DNA of 63,339 nt, filler included. It is 4 parts of 4 records of this genome, joined end to end, with 100 filler letters (N's around TTAATTAATTAA, not from the genome) between each part and the next. Parts side by side here need not be neighbours in the genome. Positions count along the whole stretch, not along the records: positions 1 to 19,499 come from SRR20825006_86; positions 19,600 to 28,907 come from SRR20825006_91; 2 more parts are not named here. One strand, 5' to 3'. The notes under the pieces were generated by a model. It was not told where the DNA came from. It searched no databases and saw nothing but the letters and a program-made list of their open reading frames with translations. The position numbers and the translations under genes were made by a program. Every line of letters begins with the position of its first letter. Position 1 is the stretch's first letter. Shown one piece after another: positions 10,343-21,398 of this stretch.

Positions 10343-11476
10343 ATGGATTTAATAGAAGACTTTACATCAAATTATACAGCATATATCAATCAAAAAATTA
10401 GAGGTCGGTATGTAACTCATAAAATGATTTCTCCTTTATTAGAAGATTATTCAGAAAAGTTTAATGTTGAACAAATAGGTGTTTCAGTATTAAACAACCC
10501 TATTCATAAATTAACTATTGGGTCTGGAAAAAATAGAATTTTAATATGGTCTCAGATGCATGGAAATGAATCAACAACTACAAAGGCTTTATTTGATTTC
10601 CTAAACTATATAGATACCAATATTGATGTTTTAAATTATATCAATGAGAATTTCACGCTTTGTATAATTCCTATTTTAAATCCAGACGGAGCTTTGGCAT
10701 ACACTCGAATAAATGCTAATGAAATTGATTTAAATAGAGATGCTCAAAATCAATCGCAGCCTGAAAGTAGAATTTTAAGAGTTGTTTTCAATGAGTTTAA
10801 GCCTGATTATTGCTTTAATTTGCATGATCAACGGACTATCTTTAGTGCAGGCAACCATAAGAAATCTGCTACAATATCTTTTTTAACGCCTGCTGAGGAT
10901 GAAGAAAGAAAAGTAACACAGAATAGGAAGAGAAGTATGGAAGTTATTGTAGCGATGAATAAAATGCTTCAGAAATATATTCCAAAACAAGTAGGGAGAT
11001 ACGACGATGGTTTTAATTTGAACTGCGTTGGAGATACATTTCAATCGCTTGGCGTGCCTACTATTTTATTTGAATCTGGTCATTATCCAAACGATTATAT
11101 GCGTGAAGAAACACGTAAATACATAGCTTATTCTTTAATAACTGCTCTCCAATACATTAATCTAACTGAGGTTACAGGGAAGAAACATCATGATTATTTC
11201 CATATTCCAGAGAATGAAAAGCTCTTTTATGATATAATTTTAAGAAATTTTCCAATTGCTACTAAAGAAGAAACTGAATTTAAGGATGTCGCAATTTTCT
11301 TTAAGGAAACGTTAATAAATGATAAAATTGAGTTTAAGCCGAGTATTGAACATATCGAGAAGCACCTTCATTACTATGGCCATAAAGAATTAGATATGAG
11401 GAATGTGGGAGTTGACCCTGTGCCTATACATGAATTAAATAATAGTTATTTAACAGATTTGCTAAGAAAAATTTAA
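10343..11476 (+). CDS. M14 family zinc carboxypeptidase
   Basis: HGNE zinc motif, LNPDG, DLNRD, LHDQ. Confidence 0.85.
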   Translation: MDLIEDFTSNYTAYINQKIRGRYVTHKMISPLLEDYSEKFNVEQIGVSVLNNPIHKLTIGSGKNRILIWSQMHGNESTTTKALFDFLNYIDTNIDVLNYINENFTLCIIPILNPDGALAYTRINANEIDLNRDAQNQSQPESRILRVVFNEFKPDYCFNLHDQRTIFSAGNHKKSATISFLTPAEDEERKVTQNRKRSMEVIVAMNKMLQKYIPKQVGRYDDGFNLNCVGDTFQSLGVPTILFESGHYPNDYMREETRKYIAYSLITALQYINLTEVTGKKHHDYFHIPENEKLFYDIILRNFPIATKEETEFKDVAIFFKETLINDKIEFKPSIEHIEKHLHYYGHKELDMRNVGVDPVPIHELNNSYLTDLLRKI

Positions 11477-11575
11477 TAAAATCAGGAAATCGTTAAAAAA
11501 ATAATCGGCAAACGATTATGAATAATTCAATTTTTTTTATTTTTTTTGCATATTCTTTAAAGATAATAAAAAACT

Positions 11576-12055
11576 ATGGCAAAATTTAAATTAGACGAGG
11601 TAGATCATCAAATTCTAGATATGTTGATTGATAACACCCGAACTCCTTTTACTGATATAGCAAAGAAATTGCTTATTTCAGCGGGGACTGTTCACGTTAG
11701 AGTTAAAAAAATGGAAGATGCAGGTATTATTAAAGGCTCTTCTTTAACTCTAGATTACGTAAAACTAGGGTATTCATTTATCGCATATGTTGGAATTTTC
11801 TTAGAAAAAACGCATCAAACAAAGTTTGTTTTAGAGCGATTAAATCAGATTCCGTATATAACAGTAGCGCATATTACTACTGGAAAATTCAATATCTTCT
11901 GTAAGATTCGTGCTAAAGATACTAAGCATGCAAAAGATATAATTTTTAAAGTAGATGATATTGATGGAGTTTCTAGAACAGAAACTATGATTTCTCTAGA
12001 AGAAAGTATTAACGATAAGCGTCGATTAATGCATACAATTTTTAACGATTTATAA
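11576..12055 (+). CDS. Lrp/AsnC family transcriptional regulator
   Basis: LDEVDHQIL, ISAGTVHVRVKKMEDAGII HTH, C-terminal RAM domain. Confidence 0.92.
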   Translation: MAKFKLDEVDHQILDMLIDNTRTPFTDIAKKLLISAGTVHVRVKKMEDAGIIKGSSLTLDYVKLGYSFIAYVGIFLEKTHQTKFVLERLNQIPYITVAHITTGKFNIFCKIRAKDTKHAKDIIFKVDDIDGVSRTETMISLEESINDKRRLMHTIFNDL

Positions 12056-12080
12056 GATTTCTGTTTTATAACAATAAACT

Positions 12081-12115
12081 AACCCTCTTAAGCCTTTGTT
12101 TTGAGAGGGTTTTTT
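12081..12115 (+). terminator. Intrinsic terminator
   Basis: AACCCTCT...AGAGGGTT stem followed by T-run. Confidence 0.7.
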
Positions 12116-12143
12116 GTATTTTTACGTAAAACAGAAAATTTTT

Positions 12144-14732
12144 ATGCTAAGAAAACCAAAGATTGACCGATTTAATGAAAGTGTTTTATCAAGATATCAA
12201 ATCTACAACAGTATTTTTATCACTTTACCATTTGATGAAATAAGTAATACTGGAGTATTATTACCGCTATTTTCTGAAATTTGTGAAAAGGGTTATGAAG
12301 AAAATAAAAACCCTACAGAGATAGTTGGTAATTTTTTTAAAAAATATTACGAAAAACCAACCGATACCGAAAAATTTGATCTTCTTTTTAGATTTATTCA
12401 ATATATAGAAAGGCAAGTTGTGCTTTTTGATGCTATTGAAGATGCTACCTTTCCGGTTGTAAATAATATGGACGGAAGAGGTACGCTTCGGAACATAAAA
12501 GAAGAAGCGGAGGCTAAAAACAAAATGCCAGAGCTTAAAGCCTATTTAGAGCATTTTAAAGTGCGACCAGTATTAACAGCGCATCCTACGCAGTTTTACC
12601 CAGGTTCTGTATTAGGTATTATAACCGATTTAGCTACCGCAATTAGGGATAACAATTTAAATCTTATTAAAAAGTTACTCGCGCAATTAGGAAAAACTCC
12701 TTTCTTTAAAAAAGAAAAGCCTACACCTTTTGATGAGGCTGTGAGTTTGATTTGGTATTTGGAAAATGTGTTCTACCAATCTGCTAGTCAGATTTTTGAT
12801 TATATCCAAGATAATATTTTTGGAGAAGAGGAATTAAACAACCAAGTATTAAATTTAGGTTTTTGGCCTGGAGGAGATAGGGATGGAAATCCTTTTGTAA
12901 CTACAGAAATTACTTTAAAAGTAGCTGATAGACTTCGTAGTACAATTCTTAAAAATTATTATCGTGATGTAAGAAGGTTACGTCGTAGAATTACCTTTAA
13001 ATTTGTAGATAAGCTTATTACTGATTTAGAGTCTAAGCTTTATGAAAACATATTTCTACAAAGTGGGAGAACTACCATTACTGCAGAAGAGACTATGAGT
13101 ACTCTTTTAGAGATAAGAGAGATTCTGGAAACTAAACATCAGTCGTTGTTTGTAGATGAAATAAATGATTTAATTAATAAAATGAAGCTATTCGGCTTTC
13201 ATTTTGCAACCTTAGATATTCGTCAAGATTCAAGAGTACACCACAACGTATTATCAAATATTGTTGAGGAGTCTTTAGAAATGGGACTTGATATTTTTCC
13301 GAAGAATTACAATAAATTATCCGAAGAAAAACAAATCAATGCGCTTAGTAAAATTGTAGGAAAAGTTAATCCTAGTTTGTTTAAACATGAGATGAGCAGA
13401 AACACGCTTGAATCTATTTATGCCATGAAAACCATTCAAAGAAATAATGGGGAAATGGGAAGTAATAGATACATTATTAGTAATAATGGTAGTGTGTTAA
13501 ATGTAATGGAGGCGTTTGCTATGATTCGTATGTGCGATTGGGAGCAGCCAACTACCGATGTTGTACCGTTATTTGAAACTGTTGAGGATTTAGAAGATGC
13601 GCATAATGTTATGGAGACGCTTTATAAGAACAAGGCGTATGCAGAACATTTAAAACGTAGAGGGAATAAGCAAACTATTATGCTTGGTTTCTCTGATGGA
13701 ACAAAAGATGGAGGTTATTTAATGGCTAACTGGGGAATTTACAGAGCTAAAGAAGCCTTATCTGCTATATCTCGTAAATACGGTATTAAAGTTGTCTTTT
13801 TTGATGGTAGAGGAGGACCACCAGCACGTGGAGGAGGTAAAACGCATCAGTTTTATGCTTCATTAGGACCTACAATTGAAAATGAAGAAGTTCAGCTTAC
13901 TATCCAAGGTCAGACTATTAGTTCTAATTTTGGAACTCCAGAATCTTGCCAGTATAACTTAGAGCAATTATTAAGTTCTGGGATTGCAAATAATGTTTTT
14001 GCTAATGAAAAAGATAGATTAGGGAAAGAAGATAGGGGTACAATGGATAGATTAGCTAAAATTAGCTATAAAGCATATGTAGATTTTAAAAATCATCCTA
14101 AATTCTTGCCTTATTTAGAGCGTATGAGTACGCTAAAATATTATGCAAAAACAAATATTGGAAGTAGACCTTCAAAAAGAGGAGGGGGCGATAAATTAGT
14201 TTTTTCTGATTTAAGAGCAATTCCTTTTGTAGGAAGTTGGAGTCAGTTAAAACAAAATGTACCAGGATTTTATGGGGTAGGTGTTGCTATTCAGGAATTT
14301 GTAGACAACAATGAATTTGATAAAGTACAATCGCTATACCAAAACTCTACTTTCTTTAGAACTTTGCTAGAAAATAGTATGATGAGTTTAACGAAGTCTT
14401 TCTTTAAGCTTACTGCCTATATGCAAGATGATAAAGAGTTTGGAGCTTTTTGGAAGATTATACATGAAGAGTATGAAAGAAGTAAGGCTATGCTACTTAA
14501 ATTAACAGGATATTCCGAGTTAATGGAAGATACGCGCTCTATGAAAGCTTCAATTCAAGTAAGAGAGAAAATAGTGCTGCCTTTATTAACAATTCAGCAA
14601 TTTGCTCTTAGACAAATTCAAGAGTTAAATGCTTCTAAAAAAGAGGTAGATCCAGAGCTTATGGAAACTTATGAGCGTATGGTTACTCGCTCTTTATTTG
14701 GGAATATAAATGCTGCCAGAAACTCAGCATAA
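12144..14732 (+). CDS. ppc: Phosphoenolpyruvate carboxylase
   Basis: VLTAHPT, GGDRDGNP, MLGFSDGTKDGG, FDGRGG, LRAIPF, C-terminal RNSA; ATG 12144 preferred over TTG 12114. Confidence 0.95.
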   Translation: MLRKPKIDRFNESVLSRYQIYNSIFITLPFDEISNTGVLLPLFSEICEKGYEENKNPTEIVGNFFKKYYEKPTDTEKFDLLFRFIQYIERQVVLFDAIEDATFPVVNNMDGRGTLRNIKEEAEAKNKMPELKAYLEHFKVRPVLTAHPTQFYPGSVLGIITDLATAIRDNNLNLIKKLLAQLGKTPFFKKEKPTPFDEAVSLIWYLENVFYQSASQIFDYIQDNIFGEEELNNQVLNLGFWPGGDRDGNPFVTTEITLKVADRLRSTILKNYYRDVRRLRRRITFKFVDKLITDLESKLYENIFLQSGRTTITAEETMSTLLEIREILETKHQSLFVDEINDLINKMKLFGFHFATLDIRQDSRVHHNVLSNIVEESLEMGLDIFPKNYNKLSEEKQINALSKIVGKVNPSLFKHEMSRNTLESIYAMKTIQRNNGEMGSNRYIISNNGSVLNVMEAFAMIRMCDWEQPTTDVVPLFETVEDLEDAHNVMETLYKNKAYAEHLKRRGNKQTIMLGFSDGTKDGGYLMANWGIYRAKEALSAISRKYGIKVVFFDGRGGPPARGGGKTHQFYASLGPTIENEEVQLTIQGQTISSNFGTPESCQYNLEQLLSSGIANNVFANEKDRLGKEDRGTMDRLAKISYKAYVDFKNHPKFLPYLERMSTLKYYAKTNIGSRPSKRGGGDKLVFSDLRAIPFVGSWSQLKQNVPGFYGVGVAIQEFVDNNEFDKVQSLYQNSTFFRTLLENSMMSLTKSFFKLTAYMQDDKEFGAFWKIIHEEYERSKAMLLKLTGYSELMEDTRSMKASIQVREKIVLPLLTIQQFALRQIQELNASKKEVDPELMETYERMVTRSLFGNINAARNSA

Positions 14733-14753
14733 GTATTTAAAAATAGGTGCTTT

Positions 14754-14797
14754 AAAGCTGTTAAGTAATCTTTTGTAGATTATTTAACAGCTTTTTT
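14754..14797 (+). terminator. Intrinsic terminator
   Basis: AAAGCTGTTAAGTAATC...GATTATTTAACAGCTTT stem plus T-run. Confidence 0.8.
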
Positions 14798-14847
14798 CTT
14801 ATATAAAAGATATCTTTAAAATAGCTATTACTCCAATTTAATTTTAA

Positions 14848-15726
14848 ATGAAAATAAAAACTAGCATTAAAATTTTAAAAGATACTTTTTCTAGATGGTT
14901 GGACTTAGACCCTTTTGCGCAAAGTGCTATTATTGCATACTATACTTTATTTTCTTTACCTTCATTATTATTGATAGTAATTTGGGTGACTAGTATTTTC
15001 TTCGGAAGAGAGGCGGTGCAAGGACATATTACTCAGGAGTTCTCAAGTTTAGTAGGGTATGAGCCAGCAAAAGCCATTGAGGGAATGATAAGTAGTGCAA
15101 GTATTAATAGCAATTCTGCGGTGAATATGATTATAAGTGGAGGGACATTGATTTTTGGGGCAACAGGAGTTTTTTTTCAATTACAAAAAACACTAAATAC
15201 TATTTTTGAGGTTAAGGAAGATAATTCTACTTTTAAGAAAATGGTTATAGATAGGCTTATTTCTTTTGGGATGGTAATGGCTATTGGATTTTTATTGATT
15301 ATCTCTTTAATTGTATCTGCAGGAATTTCAGTGTTTAATAATTACGTTAAAAATTATTATCCAGAAATAGCTTCTCTTATTGTTAGCGGACTTAATTTTT
15401 TAGTTTCATTAGTGGTTATAACAATTTTATTTGGAGCTATTTATAGATTTTTACCTCACAAAAGAATTCGTTGGAAAACAGCTTTAATAGGGGCTTCCAT
15501 AACTACATTATTATTTTTATTAGGGAAAACAGTTATAGGAGTTTACTTTGGGCAAGCTGCGCCTGCATCGGTTTATGGTGGTGCAAGTTCAGTGGTATTA
15601 ATTTTACTTTGGGTATACTATACGGGACTTATATTTTTTATGGGAGCTGAATTTACAATGGTGTATTCAGAATATAGAATTAATAAAAAAAAGCCTGAAA
15701 CATCAATAGATGATGTTCAGGCGTAA
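14848..15726 (+). CDS. YihY/virulence factor BrkB family membrane protein
   Basis: SAIIAYYTLFSLP, YRFLP, SVYGGASSVVLILLWVYY...GAEF. Confidence 0.88.
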   Translation: MKIKTSIKILKDTFSRWLDLDPFAQSAIIAYYTLFSLPSLLLIVIWVTSIFFGREAVQGHITQEFSSLVGYEPAKAIEGMISSASINSNSAVNMIISGGTLIFGATGVFFQLQKTLNTIFEVKEDNSTFKKMVIDRLISFGMVMAIGFLLIISLIVSAGISVFNNYVKNYYPEIASLIVSGLNFLVSLVVITILFGAIYRFLPHKRIRWKTALIGASITTLLFLLGKTVIGVYFGQAAPASVYGGASSVVLILLWVYYTGLIFFMGAEFTMVYSEYRINKKKPETSIDDVQA

Positions 15727-15773
15727 ATTTAATCCCTCATGAACTTATTATAAGAAATTGTTCAACTTCTTTA

Positions 15774-16463
15774 TTAGAAATTTGGACTCAAATTGAATTT
15801 TTTGTAAAAAGCATCAAGAACCTCAATTACTTCGTCTTCAGTATCTACTAGCTTAATCAAATCTAAATCTTTTTCACTTATATTGTTATTTGCATTTAGC
15901 AAGGTTGTTTTAACCCAGTCCATTAATCCTCCCCAAAAATCGGTTCCAACTAATATAATAGGGAACATTGCTATTTTTTTAGTTTGAATGAGTGTAATAG
16001 CCTCAAAAAGCTCGTCTAAAGTTCCAAATCCACCTGGCATTACTACAAATCCTTGAGAATATTTTACAAACATAACTTTACGAACAAAAAAGTAATCAAA
16101 ATCTAAACTTTTATCACTATCTATGTATGGATTGTCATGTTGCTCAAAGGGGAGTTCTATGTTTAAACCTACAGAGGTTCCACCTGCCAAATGTGCTCCT
16201 TTATTACCAGCTTCCATAATTCCAGGGCCACCACCCGTAATTACTCCATAACCAGCCTCTACTATTTTCTTAGCAATATTTTCTGCCAATTGATAATATT
16301 TGTGTTCTGGTTTAGTACGAGCAGATCCAAATATAGAAACACAGGGACCTATTTTACTTAATCTCTCATAGCCATTTACAAATTCACTCATGATTTTAAA
16401 AATGGCCCATGAATCATTTGTTTTTATCTCATTCCATCCTTTATGATGCTTTTCTTTTCTCAT
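15774..16463 (-). CDS. LOG family (TIGR00730-type) Rossmann-fold nucleotide phosphoribohydrolase
   Basis: FGSAR, TGGGPGIMEA, PGGFGTLDELFE motifs; second ATG preferred. Confidence 0.9.
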   Translation of the reverse strand: MRKEKHHKGWNEIKTNDSWAIFKIMSEFVNGYERLSKIGPCVSIFGSARTKPEHKYYQLAENIAKKIVEAGYGVITGGGPGIMEAGNKGAHLAGGTSVGLNIELPFEQHDNPYIDSDKSLDFDYFFVRKVMFVKYSQGFVVMPGGFGTLDELFEAITLIQTKKIAMFPIILVGTDFWGGLMDWVKTTLLNANNNISEKDLDLIKLVDTEDEVIEVLDAFYKKFNLSPNF

Positions 16464-16515
16464 TTTATATTGTGTTTTAATAATCAATAGGTTTATTTAC
16501 AGTAACTTAAATAGT

Positions 16516-19347
16516 TTATTTTAATTCTTTCTTTAAGCACTTAGCGGTATGACTTTTTTTATTTGTAACTATTTCTTCTGGAGCTCCAGTGGCAATAACT
16601 TTTCCACCACCTTTTCCGCCTTCAGGGCCAATATCTATAATATGATCTACCATTTTAATAACATCTAGATTATGCTCAATTATCAAAACAGTATTTCCTT
16701 TGTTAGTTAGTGTATTGAGAACTCCCATCAATACACTAATATCTTCAAAATGTAATCCAGTTGTGGGTTCGTCTAAAATATAAAACGTATTTCCAGTATC
16801 TTTTTTAGAAAGTTCTGTAGCTAATTTCACGCGTTGAGCTTCCCCGCCAGAAAGGGTAGTAGACTGCTGTCCTAGTGTAATATAGCCTAACCCTACGTCT
16901 TGCAATGTTGCTATTTTACGATGTATCTTTGGGATGTTTGCAAAAAACTCCACAGCTTCATTAATAGTCATTTCTAAAACATCGGCAATCGACTTTCCTT
17001 TATATCTAATCTCTAAGGTCTCTCTATTGAATCGTTTTCCATTACAAGTTTCACATGATACTGTTACATCTGGCAAAAAATTCATTTCAATAACTCTTAC
17101 TCCGGCACCTTGACAGGTCTCACATCTTCCTCCTTTTACATTAAAGCTAAATCTTCCAGGCTTATAACCGCGAATCATAGCTTCTGGTGTTTGTGTAAAT
17201 AGTGTTCTAATTTCACTAAAAACACCAGTATACGTAGCAGGGTTGGAGCGAGGGGTTCTTCCAATTGGAGATTGATTAATATCTATTACCTTATCTATAT
17301 GCTCTAAGCCTTTGATGCTTTTGTAAGGCATGGGGATTTTTACAGCATTAAAAAAGTGTTCATTTAAAATAGGATATAAGGTCTCGTTAATTAATGTAGA
17401 TTTTCCGCTTCCAGAAACTCCCGTAACCCCAATCATTTTTCCTAAAGGGAACTCAACATTGATGTTCTTTAAATTATTTCCAGAACATCCTTTTAAAACA
17501 ATAGATTTGCCATTGCCTTTTCTTCGTTTTTCAGGAATTTCAATTTCTTTCTTTCCTGTGATGTAATCTGCTGTAAGGGTATTGTATTTCTTTAATCCTG
17601 ATGGAGGTCCTTCAGAAATTATTTCACCGCCTAACTTTCCTGCTTTTGGACCGATATCGATAACATGATCTGCACGTTCAATCATATCTTTATCGTGCTC
17701 CACCACAATCACAGAATTCCCAATATCTCTTAAAGATTCTAAAGATTTTATGAGTCGGTCGTTATCTCTTTGATGTAATCCAATACTCGGCTCGTCTAAA
17801 ATATACAAAACACCAACAAGTTGCGAACCTATCTGTGTGGCTAAACGAATTCGTTGTGCTTCCCCACCAGAAAGCGACTTTGAACTTCTGCTTAGCGATA
17901 AATAATTAAGACCAACATCTAAAAGAAAATCAATTCTTGCCGTAATCTCTTTAAGAATTTCCTCTCCAATTTTTAACTGCTTTTCTGAAAGTTGCTTTGG
18001 TAAATCTTTAAAGAAAGAAGCTAATTCAATCATATCTAAAGCAGATAATTCAGCTATATTTTTTTCATTCACCTTAAAATACAACGACTCCCTTCTTAGT
18101 CTGCTTCCATCACAAGTAGGGCAATTTACTTTATCCATAAATCCTTTTGCCCAGCGACGAATAGAGGTAGACTGACTCTCTTCAAACTGATTTTTTATAA
18201 AGCTAATAATCCCTTCAAAATCAATTTTGTAATCTCTGGTAATTCCTAATGTTTTAGATTCTACAGAGAATTTTTCATTCCCTCCATTAAGAATCATTTC
18301 CATTGCTTCGGCAGGGATTTTCTTAATTGGATCTGTGAGTTCAAAATCGTAACGTTGTGCTATAACTTCTAACTGCTTGAAAATCCAAGATTTTTTATAT
18401 TCTCCTAAGGGAGCAATCCCGCCAGCTTTAATGCTTAAAGCATCATTAGGAATAATTTTTTCAAAGTTTACTTCATATATCTTCCCTAAGCCACTGCAAG
18501 TAGGGCACATTCCTTTAGGGGAATTGAATGAAAATGTATTAGGCTCTGGATTAGGGTATGAAATTCCAGAAGTAGGACACATTAAATTTCGACTAAAAAA
18601 ACGGGCTTCCTCAGTATCATGATCTATTATCATTAACACATCATCTCCATGATACATGGCGGTATTAATACTTTCAGAAAGGCGTTTAGAGGTATTTTCA
18701 TTATCATCAATTTGCATTCTATCGATGACGGTTTCTATATCATGATTTTTATAACGGTCAACTTTCATCCCTTTGGTGAGGTCTAAAATTTCTCCGTCAA
18801 CCCGTACTTTTACAAAACCTTGTTTAGAAATCTGCTCGAATAATTCCCTATAATGTCCTTTTCTACTTCTAACTACTGGTGCAAGAATATTGATCCGCTT
18901 ACCATTATACTCGCTTATAATAAGGTCTTTTATCTGCTCGTCGCTATAACTCACCATTTTTTCACCAGTATTGTAGCTATAAGCATCTGCAGCACGGGCA
19001 AATAATAAACGTAAGAAATCGTATATCTCAGTAATAGTCCCAACGGTAGAGCGTGGCGACTTAGAAGTAGTTTTTTGTTCAATAGCGATAACAGGGGAGA
19101 GTCCGTCAATTTTATCGACATCGGGACGCTCTAATCCTCCAAGAAATTGACGTGCATATGCTGAAAATGTTTCAATATATCGACGTTGACCTTCGGCATA
19201 AATAGTATCAAAAGCTAAGGATGATTTCCCACTTCCTGAAAGTCCGGTTATAACTACCAATTTTTCTCTTGGAATTGTTACATCTATATTTTTAAGGTTA
19301 TGGACTCTAGCGCCTTTAACCTCTATGTTTTCTTCAAAATTTGTCAT
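16516..19347 (-). CDS. uvrA: Excinuclease ABC subunit A
   Basis: Two ABC modules ([26 protein letters not shown] twice) and zinc fingers. Confidence 0.97.
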   Translation of the reverse strand: MTNFEENIEVKGARVHNLKNIDVTIPREKLVVITGLSGSGKSSLAFDTIYAEGQRRYIETFSAYARQFLGGLERPDVDKIDGLSPVIAIEQKTTSKSPRSTVGTITEIYDFLRLLFARAADAYSYNTGEKMVSYSDEQIKDLIISEYNGKRINILAPVVRSRKGHYRELFEQISKQGFVKVRVDGEILDLTKGMKVDRYKNHDIETVIDRMQIDDNENTSKRLSESINTAMYHGDDVLMIIDHDTEEARFFSRNLMCPTSGISYPNPEPNTFSFNSPKGMCPTCSGLGKIYEVNFEKIIPNDALSIKAGGIAPLGEYKKSWIFKQLEVIAQRYDFELTDPIKKIPAEAMEMILNGGNEKFSVESKTLGITRDYKIDFEGIISFIKNQFEESQSTSIRRWAKGFMDKVNCPTCDGSRLRRESLYFKVNEKNIAELSALDMIELASFFKDLPKQLSEKQLKIGEEILKEITARIDFLLDVGLNYLSLSRSSKSLSGGEAQRIRLATQIGSQLVGVLYILDEPSIGLHQRDNDRLIKSLESLRDIGNSVIVVEHDKDMIERADHVIDIGPKAGKLGGEIISEGPPSGLKKYNTLTADYITGKKEIEIPEKRRKGNGKSIVLKGCSGNNLKNINVEFPLGKMIGVTGVSGSGKSTLINETLYPILNEHFFNAVKIPMPYKSIKGLEHIDKVIDINQSPIGRTPRSNPATYTGVFSEIRTLFTQTPEAMIRGYKPGRFSFNVKGGRCETCQGAGVRVIEMNFLPDVTVSCETCNGKRFNRETLEIRYKGKSIADVLEMTINEAVEFFANIPKIHRKIATLQDVGLGYITLGQQSTTLSGGEAQRVKLATELSKKDTGNTFYILDEPTTGLHFEDISVLMGVLNTLTNKGNTVLIIEHNLDVIKMVDHIIDIGPEGGKGGGKVIATGAPEEIVTNKKSHTAKCLKKELK

Positions 19348-19464
19348 ATAAAACGCAAAACTACAAAGTTACGATTTTAAGTGTTAAAAGGGAAGAAGAT
19401 GGAGTTTTGAATTTAATAATTAAGTTATTGGTTTGTCAAGCCGTAAAATTCCTTAAAATAATCC

Positions 19465-19490
19465 CGTCATTTCGACTGAAAGGAGAAATC
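19465..19490 (+). repeat. CGTC-tagged REP-like palindrome at contig end
   Basis: CGTC followed by ATTTC...GAAAT imperfect stem, 9 nt before the assembly gap. Confidence 0.5.
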
Positions 19491-19499
19491 ACACCCATA

Positions 19500-19599
19500 N
19501 NNNNNNNNNNNNNNNNNNNNNNNNNNNNNNNNNNNNNNNNNNNTTAATTAATTAANNNNNNNNNNNNNNNNNNNNNNNNNNNNNNNNNNNNNNNNNNNN
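19500..19599. other. Artificial contig linker
   Basis: 44 N + TTAATTAATTAA (six-frame stop) + 44 N. Confidence 0.97.
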
Positions 19600-19930
19600 C
19601 ATGGTATAAAAGCGTGAGAGCAGGTATAGTCAGTTTGGCAAGAATTTCCACCCTCACTATATCTTCTTCATTATCTATTACCGATAAAATAACTACAGGT
19701 TTATTATACCAACTTTTAAGTTCTTTTAATAACTCATGACCGCTTTTGTCGGGTAAACCAATGTCTAATAAAACTGCATCTGGCAAATGACTTGCTGCTA
19801 AAGCCAAACCTTCTTTGGCACTGCTTGCCTGAATAACCTTGTAATCATTACTTTCTAAATTTATCTGAAGTAATTTTCTTATCTGCGGCTCATCATCTAT
19901 AACTAATACTTGTGCTCTATTGGTTTCCAT
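19600..19930 (-). pseudogene. KdpE/OmpR-like response regulator, interrupted after residue 92
   Basis: VIDDEPQIRKLL, LLDIGLPD receiver motifs; after EEDIV the expected GA.DY..KPF motif is absent and unrelated sequence runs to the gap. Confidence 0.65.
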
Positions 19931-20996
19931 AAGCTTCTATTGTTGTAGTTTCGGCAGGTATTTTAATAGTAAATTTTGCACCCCCATTAGTTTTATTCTG
20001 TAAATGAATGGTTCCGTTCATAGCTTCTGTAAAACCTTTGACAATTGACAACCCTAAACCGGTACCTCCTATATTATTATTCAGACGATAAAATTTATTG
20101 AAAACAGCCTCCATCTTATCAATTGGGAAACCACCTCCATTGTCAGAAATAATAACCTCACAAGAATTTTCTGCATGTTTAGCTTCAATCTTTATCAAAG
20201 ACCCCTTGGGAGTGTGTTGCACCGCATTATGGATAATATTATGGACTACTTGCTCTAAAAGACCAATATCTAATTTAAAAAGTGGTAATTCCTCATTAGG
20301 AGTAAAGACTATAGAATGATTTAAAAGATTTTCTTTGTTTCTTTTGATGGTAGTAAAAATTAGCTCATTTAAATCGCACCAATCCTCTTTAGGTTTTATA
20401 AATCCAGCTTCCAACCTACTCATGCTTAATAAATTTTCAACTTGCCTATTTAAGCGTGTCCCTGCGGTTTCAATCTCAGAATACAACACTTTTCTATTAA
20501 CATCCGTAAGTTTGTTGCCCCCGTCGTTTATAGTGTCTATAGCACCAATAATGGTTGCTATGGGTGTTCTTAATTCATGCGATAAAGAATTTAACAATGT
20601 ATTATATAGCTTAATGGCATTGGCTTTCTCTTCTTCATCTCGCCGTTTTTTGTCGTATTCTCTAATTTTATATGTTAGTACCGCATTGATAGAAGCAATA
20701 ACAAAATACATAAAAAACATAAGAGCATCCTCTGGTGATCCTATATGAAACGTTAAGATTGGAGGGATAAAGAAGAAATTCCAGATTAATGCACTTAATA
20801 ATGCAGATAACATTACCGGAAATATATCAAATAAAATAGCATTAAGAGAAACCACCAAGAGCAAAATAAGTGCAACTGCTCTAAAACCAATAATGTCTAC
20901 TGATAAAAAACATAAAATAGCAGATACCATAACAAGCGATACACTTATTAGGTACTGTTTTTTCTTACTATAATGTCTTGTTTTAAGGATTTCCAA
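19917..20996 (-). CDS. KdpD-like sensor histidine kinase (membrane domain + HisKA + HATPase only)
   Basis: Four TM helices with NFFFIPP, SLSHELRTP H-box, DNGGG and GTGLGLSI G-boxes; TTG start. Confidence 0.85.
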   Translation of the reverse strand: MEILKTRHYSKKKQYLISVSLVMVSAILCFLSVDIIGFRAVALILLLVVSLNAILFDIFPVMLSALLSALIWNFFFIPPILTFHIGSPEDALMFFMYFVIASINAVLTYKIREYDKKRRDEEEKANAIKLYNTLLNSLSHELRTPIATIIGAIDTINDGGNKLTDVNRKVLYSEIETAGTRLNRQVENLLSMSRLEAGFIKPKEDWCDLNELIFTTIKRNKENLLNHSIVFTPNEELPLFKLDIGLLEQVVHNIIHNAVQHTPKGSLIKIEAKHAENSCEVIISDNGGGFPIDKMEAVFNKFYRLNNNIGGTGLGLSIVKGFTEAMNGTIHLQNKTNGGAKFTIKIPAETTTIEAYGNQ

Positions 20997-21028
20997 ATCT
21001 TTTACTCAATCATCGAGAGTTTTAATTA

Positions 21029-21075
21029 CAAAAGTACTTTATCTAACATAAAGATTTTATATAAACTTATATGGC
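21029..21075 (-). promoter_or_regulatory. Promoter TACTTTTG with upstream ATATAAR direct repeats
   Basis: Minus strand reads GCC-ATATAAG-TTT-ATATAAA (10-bp period), then TACTTTTG at 21036-21029. Confidence 0.4.
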
Positions 21076-21097
21076 AACATCAAATTGTAAGAATTAC

Positions 21098-21248
21098 TCA
21101 AGATAAAACTCGCTTTAAAAAATCCCTCTCTTCTAATTTCTGATAAATCAAAGTAACCTTCTCTGGCTATCGAGAACCAATTAAAAGTATAGCTTTCCCC
21201 TTTGCTAATCGCTTTTCTATGGATTCTTTAATAAATTTTTTTTATCAT
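21098..21248 (-). pseudogene. Decayed N-terminus of a P-loop ATPase (AAA_14/DUF4143-like)
   Basis: MIKK(frameshift)FIKESIEKRLAKGKAILLIGSR*PEKVTLI resembles the AI..IGPRQVGKTTL start of this family. Confidence 0.5.
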
Positions 21249-21341
21249 ATTTACTGATTACATTCACCAAATATTATGTTTTTGATTAAATGTGATCAAT
21301 ACTTAAACCTAAAATAACAAGCATCACACTTCTTTTTACAC

Positions 21342-21371
21342 AAAAAAAGACCATCAAATTAATGATGGTCT
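21342..21371 (-). terminator. Intrinsic terminator of prc
   Basis: AGACCATCA...TGATGGTCT stem with A-run on the left. Confidence 0.75.
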
Positions 21372-21398
21372 CTTAAATATAGTTTTTAAAAAAGTAGT

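Noticed and set aside
19544..19555. Palindrome TTAATTAATTAA inside N runs, three times
   Set aside because: Six-frame-stop scaffolding linker; ORFs 19341-19547 and 28744-28959 that run into it are artefacts
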